A stretch of DNA of 64,000 bases from contig CALRFF010000001.1 of NCBI GenBank assembly GCA_943356495.1, positions 92,864 through 156,863 of the forward strand, written 5' to 3'. This document shows, in pieces, positions 28,184 to 38,584 of the stretch. The translations under genes were made by a program, and so were the position numbers. Positions within the stretch are counted from its first letter, which is position 1, and each line of letters begins with the position of its first letter. The notes beneath the pieces were generated by a model. That model worked only from the letters and a program-made list of their open reading frames with translations. It was not told the origin of the DNA and did not search any database. The DNA comes from Candidatus Nomurabacteria bacterium. GTDB lineage: Bacteria; Patescibacteriota; Minisyncoccia; Phycocordibacterales; SBAW01.

Positions 28184-29236
28184 TTATCCCAACACGCGGT
28201 ACAGCGCAAGCTCCAGCGGCAGTTGCGGTAAGGGCGCCCGAGGAGTTTCGATGAGTGCGGTTATAAGTTCAGCCAAGAGCGCGGCGTTTATATGCACGCC
28301 GTCTTTACCGGAAAGCTCTTTTAGTACCGCCAAGTCGTCCGGGCTAAACTGCTCCGACAACTCTTTTTCCATCTTGGGGGCAAAGCGTAGCAGCAACACT
28401 CCGCGTATTTTGGTAACGGCAAGCAACACAAACACCCGCGGGTCGGCACCGCCCGCCAACGCTTTGTGGAACTGCTCTAACCCCGCCGCAATATCTTTGC
28501 GGGCAAGCCCGCGCAAAAACTCGTTGACCGTACCCGCTGCGGGGGCGCCGACCACCTTGGCCACCTCCTCCTCGGTAAGTTTACCGTCGCTCGACACCGT
28601 AAGCACTTTTTGCAAAATCCCAAGCGTATCACGAAACGAGCCGTCCCCCATCAGCGCAATAAGCTCCGCGCCTGCGGGCGCCAAACTGGCACCCTCTTTT
28701 TTAGCCAAATCGAGCACGTGTTTTTTTAATATCTCGTGCGACGGCTTTTTAAAACTAAATACCTGACAGCGCGAGATAATAGTTTCGGGCACGCGGTCCA
28801 GCTCGGTCGTGGCCAAGACAAATATAGCGTGCGAGGGCGGCTCTTCAAGTGTTTTTAAAAACGCGCCCCATGCATCTTTAGTAAGCGCGTGCGCTTCGTC
28901 GATGATGTAAAACTTGTACTGCGAGCTAAACGGCAGTGTACTTACTCCGTCGCGCAAAGCGCGGATTTCCTCGATGCCGCGGTTGCTGGCGGCGTCCATC
29001 TCGTAGATGTCCTCCTCGGCCGTGCCGAGCGCGCGGGCCAAAATACGGGCCATCGAGGTCTTGCCCGTGCCGCGCGAGCCGGCAAACAAGTAGGCGTGGC
29101 TGATTTTATTTTGTTTGACCGCCGCCTCAAGCACCGAGACTATCATCTCTTGCCCCCGCACATCGGCAAAGGTCTTGGGCCGGTAGGTGCGGTACAGCGC
29201 CATCGACGTCCGCTCCTCTGTGCCCTTCTTAGCCAT
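28184..29236 (-). CDS. dnaX: DNA polymerase III gamma/tau, short form
   Basis: 'LYR.YRP..F..V.GQ', 'GSRGTGKT', 'DAASNRG', 'IIDEAH', 'TLEEPP', 'SRC'. Confidence 0.95.
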   Translation of the reverse strand: MAKKGTEERTSMALYRTYRPKTFADVRGQEMIVSVLEAAVKQNKISHAYLFAGSRGTGKTSMARILARALGTAEEDIYEMDAASNRGIEEIRALRDGVSTLPFSSQYKFYIIDEAHALTKDAWGAFLKTLEEPPSHAIFVLATTELDRVPETIISRCQVFSFKKPSHEILKKHVLDLAKKEGASLAPAGAELIALMGDGSFRDTLGILQKVLTVSSDGKLTEEEVAKVVGAPAAGTVNEFLRGLARKDIAAGLEQFHKALAGGADPRVFVLLAVTKIRGVLLLRFAPKMEKELSEQFSPDDLAVLKELSGKDGVHINAALLAELITALIETPRAPLPQLPLELALYRVLG

Positions 29237-29282
29237 GCCCTCAGTATACCTAAAAAGAAAAAAGCCGGCGGGTAACCGCCGG

Positions 29283-30332
29283 CTATCTAAGATTTCGAAC
29301 AAGAGCGAGGATAGAGTCCCGAATACCCTTGGTCTGTCTGCGAAAGTGCTGCAACAGCTCTTCTTCCTCCGCAGGCAACGGCGCTTCTGCTGGAACCGGC
29401 TCCGGCTCTTCAAAAGCCCCTTCCGCCTTCAACTCGATGTACCGCTGCATAATACTGCGGAGCGCGCCAAGACGGTCGAACGGCTGTAGTGGTTTGTCTT
29501 TGGGGAGTCCCCACCACCGGCAGGCCATGTTCATATAGTTAACGACCCCTTGCAGTCTCATGGTGAGGTCATCTGCCGCCGTCTCGATACTTTTAGTTAC
29601 GAGACAAAGGCAGACCTCGAGCTCGCGTGGAGAAAAGTCCGGCACCATCCGAGCCATTTCGTCGATCTGCTCGGCAGTGAGCGTGGCCGGGACATAGGGC
29701 GGCTTTTCAGGCAGCACAGCAGCCGCAGGTTCTGCCGGCTCCTCGGGTCTGTCGACCAGTTGAGCCAACGCCGAGTCCGGAGGTACTGATATTATCGTCA
29801 CAGGATCTTCGACCACCGGAGCAGGCGGCTCCAGCGGCTTTGGCTTGGGCGGCGGCTCGAACGGTTTGTTCGGACGCAGGATAACCGGAGGCGATGCTTT
29901 AGCGATCTCCGGTTCAAGTGTCCGTGCAAACACCGGTCGTGCCTTGGCAACAAGAAGATCGGACTCAACAGTAACCCGACCGACCGGCGGCCGCTGAAAC
30001 GACGGCCTGCTAGACGGAGGGACGTACTTCTTGGCCGGTGCGCGAGCTTCTAAATGCTCTTTGCAACGGTGCATGAGCACGTCTTCCGGCGCCACTGTCG
30101 AGGCGTTGACACCTCGCCCATCTTCCAGACATGCGATACATCTGCGGTGCATCGAGTTGCACGGGAGGATATTACGTCCGTCCTTGGTGCCGCAACAGTT
30201 GCGCAAGTTCTGCTGGTAGTTGGTGGTAATCTGCTTGCACTCCTCCGGCGAGGCGCCCTTGAGCCTGACGGGGCAAAAGTGCGGAAACATGGTCGGGGTT
30301 TTACCCCCCTTCCATACGAACTCTACCGTCAT
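29283..30332 (-). CDS. Orphan protein: Cys-rich N-terminus, Pro-rich linker, LuxR-like HTH (true start uncertain)
   Basis: Multiple Cys; PKPKPLEPP linker; 'FSPRELEV.....SIETAADDL.M....V.NY'; terminator downstream. Confidence 0.65.
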   Translation of the reverse strand: MTVEFVWKGGKTPTMFPHFCPVRLKGASPEECKQITTNYQQNLRNCCGTKDGRNILPCNSMHRRCIACLEDGRGVNASTVAPEDVLMHRCKEHLEARAPAKKYVPPSSRPSFQRPPVGRVTVESDLLVAKARPVFARTLEPEIAKASPPVILRPNKPFEPPPKPKPLEPPAPVVEDPVTIISVPPDSALAQLVDRPEEPAEPAAAVLPEKPPYVPATLTAEQIDEMARMVPDFSPRELEVCLCLVTKSIETAADDLTMRLQGVVNYMNMACRWWGLPKDKPLQPFDRLGALRSIMQRYIELKAEGAFEEPEPVPAEAPLPAEEEELLQHFRRQTKGIRDSILALVRNLR

Positions 30333-30407
30333 GCAAAGGAGTGTCTTCAGTCGTTGTCGACTCGACTCTCTTGTCCATGAGGATACTCCTCCCTGTTAAA
30401 CGTCCTT

Positions 30408-31379
30408 CTATTGGGGACTATAACTTTTTTCTATAATATCTGCCACCTCGGCGGCGTCCTTGGCCTCCATCAGCTGCATACGCAGCTCTTTGGCGCCGTC
30501 AAAGCCTTCGACATACGCTTTAAAATGCTTTTTCATAATCGCAAAGCTTTTTATATCCCCGAGCAGCTCCTCAAAAAGTTTTGTGTGCTCAACTGCTATC
30601 TGCAGTTTTTCTTGTACACTTGGGTTTTTGCTTGTATCAAACAACCACGGCCGGCCAAAGATGGCGCGCCCGAGCATCACGCCGTCGGCGCCGGTCTCCT
30701 CTACTTTCTTTTTAGCATCCTCCAGGTCCAATACGTCGCCGTTGCCGAGTATCAACGTATCGCTCTTAAGTTCATTGCGTATCTCGACCGCACGCTTAAC
30801 CCTGTCCCAATGTGCCGCCACCTTAGACATTTCTTTGCGCGTGCGGGCATGCACGGTTACCGCCGCCGGTTTGGCCGCAAGGAGCATCGGCAGCCACTCC
30901 TCCAAAATATCTTTGTTGTATCCAAGCCGCGTCTTAACCGACACCGGCAAGTCGGGCGCGCCTCGCTTGGCGGCCGCCACCAACTCTTGGGCAAGCTTGG
31001 GCGTCATAATCAGTTTGGCGCCCGCACCTTGTTTTTCTATCGACTTATCCGGGCAGCCCATGTTGATGTCGACGCCGTCAAAGCCGAGCTCTTGGGCAAG
31101 TGCAGCGACCTGCTCCATATGTGCCGGCGTTGAGGTAAAAAACTGCGCCACAATAGGCCGCTCGGTCTCGCTGTATAAAAGATCGCGCATAAGTTTCTGC
31201 TTCCCTTCCTCATTCGCCAGACACAAGCCGTCGGCCGATACAAACTCGGTCCAAAACACCGCCGGACCGGCGGGCTTGCTGTACTTGGCTATAACGCGCC
31301 TAAAGGCTGCGTCGGTAACGTTGGCAAGCGGCGCCAATACAAATAGAGGCTTTGGTAGATCGGCCCAAAAATTCTTCAT
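30408..31379 (-). CDS. dus: tRNA-dihydrouridine synthase
   Basis: 'LAPLA.VTD..FR', 'DINMGCP', 'VSVKTRLG', 'VHART', 'GNGD', 'GVMLGR'. Confidence 0.94.
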   Translation of the reverse strand: MKNFWADLPKPLFVLAPLANVTDAAFRRVIAKYSKPAGPAVFWTEFVSADGLCLANEEGKQKLMRDLLYSETERPIVAQFFTSTPAHMEQVAALAQELGFDGVDINMGCPDKSIEKQGAGAKLIMTPKLAQELVAAAKRGAPDLPVSVKTRLGYNKDILEEWLPMLLAAKPAAVTVHARTRKEMSKVAAHWDRVKRAVEIRNELKSDTLILGNGDVLDLEDAKKKVEETGADGVMLGRAIFGRPWLFDTSKNPSVQEKLQIAVEHTKLFEELLGDIKSFAIMKKHFKAYVEGFDGAKELRMQLMEAKDAAEVADIIEKSYSPQ

Positions 31380-32194
31380 CACCGTTGTTTGTAATACAGT
31401 TTGTCCCCAAAGCGCAAATCCAAATACTCAAAGTCGGTAAGTGCTTTGCCGGCAAACGGCGCGGCCGTAAGCGCCAAACTAAAACGCTCAAACACGTCGC
31501 CCCCGTTGTCGGTTATAGGAAACAGGAGCGTAAACCCGCTTCCGAAACGCACCCGCACGTCGTCGTGCTCGTCTACCGCAACACTTACCACCGTGTCGGT
31601 ACTCTTTTTTTGCAGCAGGGTCACTACCAGCGCCGCAAGCGACTGAAACTGCGCGGTCTGTAAATAGACGGGCGGCGTCGAGCTGGAGAGTGCGCCGTAG
31701 TAGGAGGTATATACTCCGCTGCTAAACGTCGGCGCCGGCGCATAGGCATAACTTTCTTCGTCCAAGAACAGGCACGACCCGGCAGTTTGCGGTGCGTTGC
31801 CGCACCATAGCGCCACCGGCTTGCGCTCGGCAACTTTGACGGTAATGGTATGAAAATCCTTGGCGCGCACCTCTACCGCGCGAAAGGCCGGATAGCGCTG
31901 CAGCAACCCTTGCGCAATACCCTGCCGCGGATACAAAAAGATATTACTCCGCGCAAAAGCAAATAAGTAGGCGCCGCTTATTTCCTGCTCGACATACGAC
32001 GCAATAGTACTTGTTGCTACAGAGCTTGCGTCCAGCACCTCTACCGCAGTAATGCGTAAAAATGGCGCGTGCGAAAGCCATACTACCCCGCCGATGCCAA
32101 CTAGGCACAGAAGCAGTGCCGCAATAACCAAAAGCCAGCGACGCTTGCGGCGGCGGCGGCGCAACCCTCCCTGCGGCAAGTCAACGCGTGCCAT
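31379..32194 (-). CDS. ftsQ: Cell division protein FtsQ/DivIB
   Basis: Basic N-terminus, TM, POTRA ('VAERKP'), C-terminal 'YLDLRFGDKLYYK'. Confidence 0.82.
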   Translation of the reverse strand: MARVDLPQGGLRRRRRKRRWLLVIAALLLCLVGIGGVVWLSHAPFLRITAVEVLDASSVATSTIASYVEQEISGAYLFAFARSNIFLYPRQGIAQGLLQRYPAFRAVEVRAKDFHTITVKVAERKPVALWCGNAPQTAGSCLFLDEESYAYAPAPTFSSGVYTSYYGALSSSTPPVYLQTAQFQSLAALVVTLLQKKSTDTVVSVAVDEHDDVRVRFGSGFTLLFPITDNGGDVFERFSLALTAAPFAGKALTDFEYLDLRFGDKLYYKQR

Positions 32195-32196
32195 GG

Positions 32197-33480
32197 CTAA
32201 GCTTTAGTTATCGCCACTTTACCGCCCATGAAAGGCCGCAGCGCCTCCGGTATCGTTACCGAGCCGTCTTCGTTCTGATAGTTTTCCAATATAGCAATGA
32301 GCGGCCGCTGCGACATCATGGTAGCGTCGTTCATGTGCACCGGTTCGGTGCTACTGTCTGCGCGCTTAAGTTTGGTGTTAAGCCGTCGCGCTTGAAATCC
32401 GCCTATATAGTCCGAGGTATGCGTTTCGCGATACGTGTTTTGGCCCGCCATCCATGTTTCGATATCGAGTTGCCGCTGGTCGGGAAAGCCCATGTCTCCG
32501 GTACAAATAGCCATTACTTGATACGGCAGCTTAAGCTGCTGCATTAAGTACTCTTGTATAGCCACCATCAGGTCCTGCTCGGCCAAACCGTCTTCGGGTT
32601 TGGTAAACGACTCCGCCTCGAGCTTATTAAACTGATGCAACCGCAAAATGCCGCGCGTGTCTTTGCCCGCCGCGCCCGCCTCGCGTCTAAACGCGGGGGT
32701 AAGCGCCGCGTAGCGTAGCGGCAGCGCGCTTTCTGCAAGTGTTTCGTCCATATGCAACGGCCCCAGCGTATGTTCGGCCGAGCCTATAAACACCAAGTCA
32801 TCTTTTTCAAAATAGTAGCGTTCGTCGAGCGGGTCGAGCCGCGCCATGCGGTTCATTACCTGCGAGCGCATCATAATAGGCGGGATAACCGGCACAAACG
32901 GTTTGTCGCTGACTGTAAGCCCCGCGGCAGCAATAATTTTGCCCAATGTTTCGCGCGATGTAATAACGCTAAAGACAAACTGCATCAGCGCCATCTCGAG
33001 CTGTGCGAGGTCTCCTTTTATATACGTAAAGCGCGGGCCCGATACCTCAGAGGCTTTTTCATTATCAATAACGCCCAAGTCTTTACCCAAGTCCCAATGT
33101 GCTTTAGGGGTAAACGAAAATACCGGTTTGTCGCCCCACTGGCGCACCACTTTGTTGCCCGACTCGTCGGGGCCTACGGGTGTGTCGGCCGAGGGAATGT
33201 TGGGGATCTTTACCAACAGGGCTACCAGCTCTTTTTCTATCGCGGCATACTTGTCTTCGGCCGCCTTTACTTCGTCTTTAAGACGCTTACCCGCATCGGC
33301 ATCGCGCGCCTCGGCGGCAGCTTTGCGTTGGCGGTTAAGTTCTGACACGGCGCCCGCGGCAGCCTTGCGCTCGTCGGCCAACGTAAGGACGCGGTCAAGG
33401 TCAACACCCTCGCGTTTTTTGTTCTTAAGCGTTTGGCGGACAATGTCGGTATTGTCGCGGATAAACTGCAAATCGAGCAT
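32197..33480 (-). CDS. serS: Serine--tRNA ligase
   Basis: 'MLDLQFIR.N', 'FRREAG..GKDTRG..RLHQF.K.E', 'ILENYQ..DG'. Confidence 0.97.
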   Translation of the reverse strand: MLDLQFIRDNTDIVRQTLKNKKREGVDLDRVLTLADERKAAAGAVSELNRQRKAAAEARDADAGKRLKDEVKAAEDKYAAIEKELVALLVKIPNIPSADTPVGPDESGNKVVRQWGDKPVFSFTPKAHWDLGKDLGVIDNEKASEVSGPRFTYIKGDLAQLEMALMQFVFSVITSRETLGKIIAAAGLTVSDKPFVPVIPPIMMRSQVMNRMARLDPLDERYYFEKDDLVFIGSAEHTLGPLHMDETLAESALPLRYAALTPAFRREAGAAGKDTRGILRLHQFNKLEAESFTKPEDGLAEQDLMVAIQEYLMQQLKLPYQVMAICTGDMGFPDQRQLDIETWMAGQNTYRETHTSDYIGGFQARRLNTKLKRADSSTEPVHMNDATMMSQRPLIAILENYQNEDGSVTIPEALRPFMGGKVAITKA

Positions 33481-33499
33481 ATATACTGTATAGACTACA

Positions 33500-34363
33500 A
33501 TGGCTTTTCCTATCCGCCAACTAAACTCAAGGGACTTCCCGCCGCTATTAAAGGAGATACCGGACAAACCCCACAGCCTGTTTATCCGCGGCGACATGCC
33601 GTCGAAAGATTGTACGTTTTTATGCGTGGTGGGCTCGCGGGCGACCTCACCCTACGGCCGCCGCGTCTGCCAACAGCTTATTGCCGGTCTTGCGCAATAT
33701 AAGGTAGCAATTGTCTCCGGTATGGCACTGGGTATAGACAGCGAAGCGCACAAAACCGCGCTCGACGTGGGCCTGCCGACCATAGCCGTGCTCCCCTCCT
33801 CGTGCGATGACTCTTCTATATACCCTTCTACCAATAAACCGCTGGCCGAGCGGATACTCGTACGCGGCGGCGCGCTCATAAGCGAGGAAAAAGGGCCGCA
33901 TAAAGCTATGATCCACGACTTTCCTAAGCGCAACCGCATTAGCGCCGGCATGTGCCAAGCCGCGCTTATTATCGAGGCCGGAGAAAAATCGGGCACGCTT
34001 ATTACCGCGCGGCTGGCGCTCGACTATAACCGCGAGGTGCTGGCGATACCCCACGAGCTGGGGCGCGAAACGGGCGCCGGGGTTAACCGGCTTATCCGCG
34101 AGGGCGCAACCTTAGTACGTACTGCCGACGATATACTACAGGCGCTCGGTATTAAACCCTTGGACAATCCCCGACAAGCGGCATTACCCACCGACCTGAC
34201 AGAAGTTGAGGCGCGCGTGCTCCACGCACTTACCGAAGCACTGGTGCGTGACGAGTTGATAGAGCGCGCTGAGCTTTCTGCACAAGAAGCAAACGTCGCG
34301 CTATCGTCGTTGTTAATCCGCGGGTTGCTTACCGAGCGGCTAGGAAAAATAGAACGTGTATAG
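33500..34363 (+). CDS. dprA: DNA-processing protein DprA
   Basis: 'VVGSR', 'VSGMALGID..AH', 'FPKRNRI', 'EA..KSG.LITA'. Confidence 0.96.
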   Translation: MAFPIRQLNSRDFPPLLKEIPDKPHSLFIRGDMPSKDCTFLCVVGSRATSPYGRRVCQQLIAGLAQYKVAIVSGMALGIDSEAHKTALDVGLPTIAVLPSSCDDSSIYPSTNKPLAERILVRGGALISEEKGPHKAMIHDFPKRNRISAGMCQAALIIEAGEKSGTLITARLALDYNREVLAIPHELGRETGAGVNRLIREGATLVRTADDILQALGIKPLDNPRQAALPTDLTEVEARVLHALTEALVRDELIERAELSAQEANVALSSLLIRGLLTERLGKIERV

Positions 34364-34383
34364 TATGGTGTGACACTATCGGT

Positions 34384-36612
34384 ATGAAGTTAGTTATTGT
34401 TGAGTCGCCCGCGAAGGCGAAGACTATAGAGAAGTATCTTGGCGACATAGATGCCAAGGGCGACTTTGTGGTGCGCGCATCGGTGGGCCATGTACGCGAC
34501 CTGCCCAAGAGCAACAAAAAAGCGATAGACATCGAAGCCGGCTTTGTTCCCCACTACGAGGTGGTGGCCGGCAAGCAAAAAATAATAGACGAGCTTACCG
34601 AGCTTGCGGACAAAGCAAAAGAGGTCCTGCTTGCCACCGACCCCGACCGCGAAGGCGAGGCTATCGCGTGGCATTTGGCGGAAGAACTTGGGTTAAAGAA
34701 GCCGGAGCGTATCGTATTTCATGAAATTACTAAGGAGGCTATTGCCGAGGCGCTACAGCATCCCCGCAAAATCGACCAGCATTTGCGCTACGCGCAGGAA
34801 GCCCGCCGTGTACTTGACCGCTTAGTGGGTTACGACTTGTCGGGTCTTATTTGGAAAAAGGTGCGCTACGGGCTAAGCGCGGGCCGCGTACAGTCGCCCG
34901 CACTACGTATTATTATGGAGCGCGAGCGCGAGATACGCGCCTTCGTGCCGGAAACCTTTTACGTTATTACCGCGCAAACGACGACGCCTAAAAAGGACAC
35001 ACTCGTCGTCACTTGCTCAGAAGAGCCGCGTGATAAAAAAGTTGCCGAGCATATACTTGCCGCGGTCAAACAAGACGGCCTTACGGTAAGCGATGTCGGC
35101 GAGACCGAGGCCAAGCGCGCGGCGCGTCCGCCGTTTACCACCTCGACCCTGCAGCAAACGGCAAGCTCCCGCCTTGGTCTTTCGCCGAGCAATACCATGC
35201 GCATTGCGCAAAAACTGTACGAAGCAGGACATATTACCTACATGCGCACCGATTCAGTTAACCTCGGTGTCCCTGCCCGTGCGGCCATCGGCGTACAAAT
35301 AGAGAAGCAGTTCGGCAAGGAGTACGCCGAGTCGCGCGCATTTGCTACCAAAAGCAAAAACGCGCAAGAAGCGCACGAGGCAATACGCCCCTCGCATATA
35401 GAAAAGGTGTCGGCCGGCACCACGCCGGAGCAAAAAAAATTGTACGAGCTTATCCGCGCCCGCACGCTTGCGAGCCAGATGACCGACGCGCGTATTATGC
35501 GCGCAAAAATCGAGGCCACCACCAAGGACAAAACCGTACCGACATTTGCCGCCACCGGCTCGCGCGTTATCTTTGACGGCTGGCTAAAGGCCGACCCCGA
35601 TGCGCGCGGCGAGGATGTAGAGCTGCCCAAAGTTGCCGCAGGCGACGCGCTTACGGTCAACACTGTTGATGCAGAGGAAAAGCAAACGACTCCTCCCCCG
35701 CGCTACACCGAAGCCGGCCTTATTAAAGAGCTGGAGAAGCGTGGTATCGGCCGTCCTTCAACGTACGCGAGCATTATGAAGACGCTCGAGGCCCGCGGCT
35801 ATGTAGAAAAAGAGGGTCGGAGTCTTAAACCCACCGACACCGGCGACGTAGTGTCGAGCTTTCTTGAGGCCAACTTCCCCACCTATATCTCCGACACCTT
35901 TACCGCCGAAATGGAGGACGAACTCGACCAGATAGCCGACGGCACCCGTGAGTACGAAAAAACGCTCAAAGACTTTTACGGGCCGTTCCTTAAAGAAGTA
36001 AAAAAGAAGGACAAAGAGGCCGGCAGGATTACCGACTTGGGGCCGACACCTGCGGAGTTTCTGTGCCCCGAGTGCGGCAAACATATGGTCTTTAAGCTTT
36101 CGCGCCAGGGCAAGTTTATGTCGTGCGCCAACTTCCCCGACTGCATCGGCGCGCGCACCGAGGCAGGAGAAGTAATTTCCAACGAGCCTGCAAAGCCTAT
36201 AGGTACGCACCCCGACTCGGGCGAAAATATTTATGTACTCGACGGGCGCTTCGGCCCGTATGTCCAGCAAGGCGAAATGCCGGAGGGCAAGGGCAAGTCT
36301 AAAAAGCCAAAACCTCGCCGTTCGAGCGTGCCGAAAGAGAAGAATCCGCTCGAGGTGACACTCGAAGACGCCCTTATATACCTCTCGTTGCCCCGCACGC
36401 TCGGGAAACATCCTGAAACAGGCGAAGATATCGTCGCCAACGTGGGGCGCTTTGGCCCATACATTGCGCACAACACCAAACCCAAGGCCGACTTCCGCTC
36501 GCTTAAAAAAGATGATGTGTACGATATCGAGCTTGAGCGCGCGCTCGAAATATTGAAAGAAGAAAAAAAGCGCCGCGGGTTTGCGCGCAAAACAAAAACC
36601 ACCGACAAGTAG
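34384..36612 (+). CDS. topA: DNA topoisomerase I
   Basis: 'VIVESPAKAKTI', 'ATDPDREGE', 'SAGRVQS', 'ITYMRTD', zinc ribbon and C-terminal repeats. Confidence 0.98.
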   Translation: MKLVIVESPAKAKTIEKYLGDIDAKGDFVVRASVGHVRDLPKSNKKAIDIEAGFVPHYEVVAGKQKIIDELTELADKAKEVLLATDPDREGEAIAWHLAEELGLKKPERIVFHEITKEAIAEALQHPRKIDQHLRYAQEARRVLDRLVGYDLSGLIWKKVRYGLSAGRVQSPALRIIMEREREIRAFVPETFYVITAQTTTPKKDTLVVTCSEEPRDKKVAEHILAAVKQDGLTVSDVGETEAKRAARPPFTTSTLQQTASSRLGLSPSNTMRIAQKLYEAGHITYMRTDSVNLGVPARAAIGVQIEKQFGKEYAESRAFATKSKNAQEAHEAIRPSHIEKVSAGTTPEQKKLYELIRARTLASQMTDARIMRAKIEATTKDKTVPTFAATGSRVIFDGWLKADPDARGEDVELPKVAAGDALTVNTVDAEEKQTTPPPRYTEAGLIKELEKRGIGRPSTYASIMKTLEARGYVEKEGRSLKPTDTGDVVSSFLEANFPTYISDTFTAEMEDELDQIADGTREYEKTLKDFYGPFLKEVKKKDKEAGRITDLGPTPAEFLCPECGKHMVFKLSRQGKFMSCANFPDCIGARTEAGEVISNEPAKPIGTHPDSGENIYVLDGRFGPYVQQGEMPEGKGKSKKPKPRRSSVPKEKNPLEVTLEDALIYLSLPRTLGKHPETGEDIVANVGRFGPYIAHNTKPKADFRSLKKDDVYDIELERALEILKEEKKRRGFARKTKTTDK

Positions 36613-36640
36613 TGGCTTTTGCCCTCTCCTTGTTCGGTGG

Positions 36641-36937
36641 TTACTTTTTCTTCATCGATTCCCGCGCGGCATGGAGCTGCTCGGGGTAATGACGCTTGAA
36701 ACGCTGGAGTGCTCCTTTGGAGCGCCTCCAGTCCATCGGATATGCCTTTGGAGCAACGTCGGGTACGAAAACCCCATCCGTCCGCTCAAGGCATTCTGTC
36801 CGATCGTTGCCGCGAAGCTTTTTGCACTCCGCCTCGATGGCAAAACCGAACCTGTTCCGCTGGTCTTCCTTCGGCCCCGCGTGAGCCGAAGTCACAACGC
36901 CAACGACAAACCCGACGATAACGAAAATTGCTTTCAC
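36641..36937 (-). CDS. Small secreted orphan protein
   Basis: GAGGAGG SD before GTG; signal peptide ending AHA; TTGACA...TATAGT promoter at about 36983-37011. Confidence 0.65.
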   Translation of the reverse strand: MKAIFVIVGFVVGVVTSAHAGPKEDQRNRFGFAIEAECKKLRGNDRTECLERTDGVFVPDVAPKAYPMDWRRSKGALQRFKRHYPEQLHAARESMKKK

Positions 36938-37039
36938 GTTGCCCTCCTCAGGCGGTTGAATGTACAAGCGAACTTAACGTACACTATACACCCAAACAAC
37001 ATATTTGTCAAGGTGTCAAATAATGGCTATACTTAAAGG

Positions 37040-38584
37040 GTGAATGAGCTTAAAGACATTCTCCAAAAAATGAGCTCCCCTACCAAGGCCGACTTGGCTT
37101 TTGTGGAGAAGGCCTACCACTTTGCCGAAGAGGCGCACAAAAACCACAAACGTTTTTCGGGCGAGCCGTACTTTAACCACCTCAAAGCAACCGCAGTCGA
37201 GCTGGCCAAGCTCGGCATGAGCTCCAAAACAGTTGCGGCCGGTTTGCTGCACGACTCGATAGAGGACGTTGCCGTCTTGCCCGAGACATTGGAAAAAGAG
37301 TTTGGCAAAGAAGTGCGGTTTTTGGTAGAAGGTGTGACCAAGTTGGGCCGGCTAAAGTACCGCGGCGCCGAGCGCCATCGCGAAAGCTTGCGCAAGCTGC
37401 TGGTGGCAACCGGCAAAGACGCGCGAGTGCTCATAATCAAACTGATGGACCGCCTGCACAACATGCGGACGCTCAGCCACGTGCCCGAAGAAAAGCGGCG
37501 TCGCATCGCGCTCGAGACACTCGAGATTTATGCCGCCATAGCCCACCGCTTGGGTATCGGCTTGGTGCGCAAAGAGCTCGAGGACTTGGCGTTTGAGTAC
37601 GCCTATCCCGAGGAGTTTGCACAGGCCAAAGCATTGTTGAGCGAACGAAGCAAAGAGACGCAGGAGCGGCTTAACAAAATGTCGCGCACGCTGCGCCGCG
37701 AGCTGGCCAAAAACGGGATGACCAAGCTCCACACAGACTTTCGGGTTAAAGGCCTCTACAGCTTGTGGCAAAAACTTAAGCGAAAAGAAGGCGACATTTC
37801 TAGAGTCTACGACATCGCCGCGTTGCGCGTGGTGGTGCCCACGGTCGAGGACTGTTACAAAGTGCTCGGGCTGGTGCACAACTTGTGGCAACCTCTGCCT
37901 AATAAAATAAAAGACTACATCGCCTTCCCCAAGCCCAACGGCTACAAGAGTATCCATACCACGGTCTTTACCGGCGACGGTGGCATTGTAGAAGTGCAGA
38001 TACGCACACCGGAAATGCATACCGAGGCGCAATACGGCATTGCCAGCCACGTGGCCTATAAAGAAACGCCGAATAAAAAAGGCGAGCTGCCGGGGGGTAG
38101 TTTTGACTGGATTAAAAGTTTGATACCGGGGTTTACGCGCGCGCAACGCAGCGGCGGCTCCGCCGAGAACGGCAAGAACAGCCGTTACGGCGCACCCGAG
38201 GCGCCCGAGTGGCTAAGCGAGCTTGAGGACGAAATGAACGACCCCGACATCGAGACAACACTCCGCACCGATATTTTTACCCATCGCGTATTTGTCTTTA
38301 CGCCGACCGGCGACGTGGTGGACCTCCCCGCCCGCTGCAGCCCTATAGACTTTGCCTATGCCATACACTCCGATATCGGCGACCATGTCTTTGCCAGCAA
38401 AGTAAACGGTAAGATGGTGCCGCTCGACACCGTGCTGCACAACGGCGACATTGTGGAAATTGTTACTAAAAAGTCGGCTACCCCAAAACAAAAGTGGCTC
38501 GACTTTGCCAAGACAACCTTGGCGCGGCGCCATATCCGCCTTGCGATGGAAAAAGAGGCCACTCTTAAAGCGAGAAAGAGTTAG
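37040..38584 (+). CDS. rel: RelA/SpoT (p)ppGpp hydrolase-synthetase (HD, SYNTH, TGS)
   Basis: 'R.SGEPY..H', 'LLHD', 'DRLHNMRTL', 'KPNGY.S.HT', 'EVQIRT', 'DFAY.IH'. Confidence 0.94.
   Translation: MNELKDILQKMSSPTKADLAFVEKAYHFAEEAHKNHKRFSGEPYFNHLKATAVELAKLGMSSKTVAAGLLHDSIEDVAVLPETLEKEFGKEVRFLVEGVTKLGRLKYRGAERHRESLRKLLVATGKDARVLIIKLMDRLHNMRTLSHVPEEKRRRIALETLEIYAAIAHRLGIGLVRKELEDLAFEYAYPEEFAQAKALLSERSKETQERLNKMSRTLRRELAKNGMTKLHTDFRVKGLYSLWQKLKRKEGDISRVYDIAALRVVVPTVEDCYKVLGLVHNLWQPLPNKIKDYIAFPKPNGYKSIHTTVFTGDGGIVEVQIRTPEMHTEAQYGIASHVAYKETPNKKGELPGGSFDWIKSLIPGFTRAQRSGGSAENGKNSRYGAPEAPEWLSELEDEMNDPDIETTLRTDIFTHRVFVFTPTGDVVDLPARCSPIDFAYAIHSDIGDHVFASKVNGKMVPLDTVLHNGDIVEIVTKKSATPKQKWLDFAKTTLARRHIRLAMEKEATLKARKS

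Noticed and set aside
28184-29236. Truncated DnaX, UvrC, IF2 and Rel as pseudogenes
   Set aside because: The frames are intact with catalytic motifs preserved; compact versions are expected in reduced CPR-type genomes.
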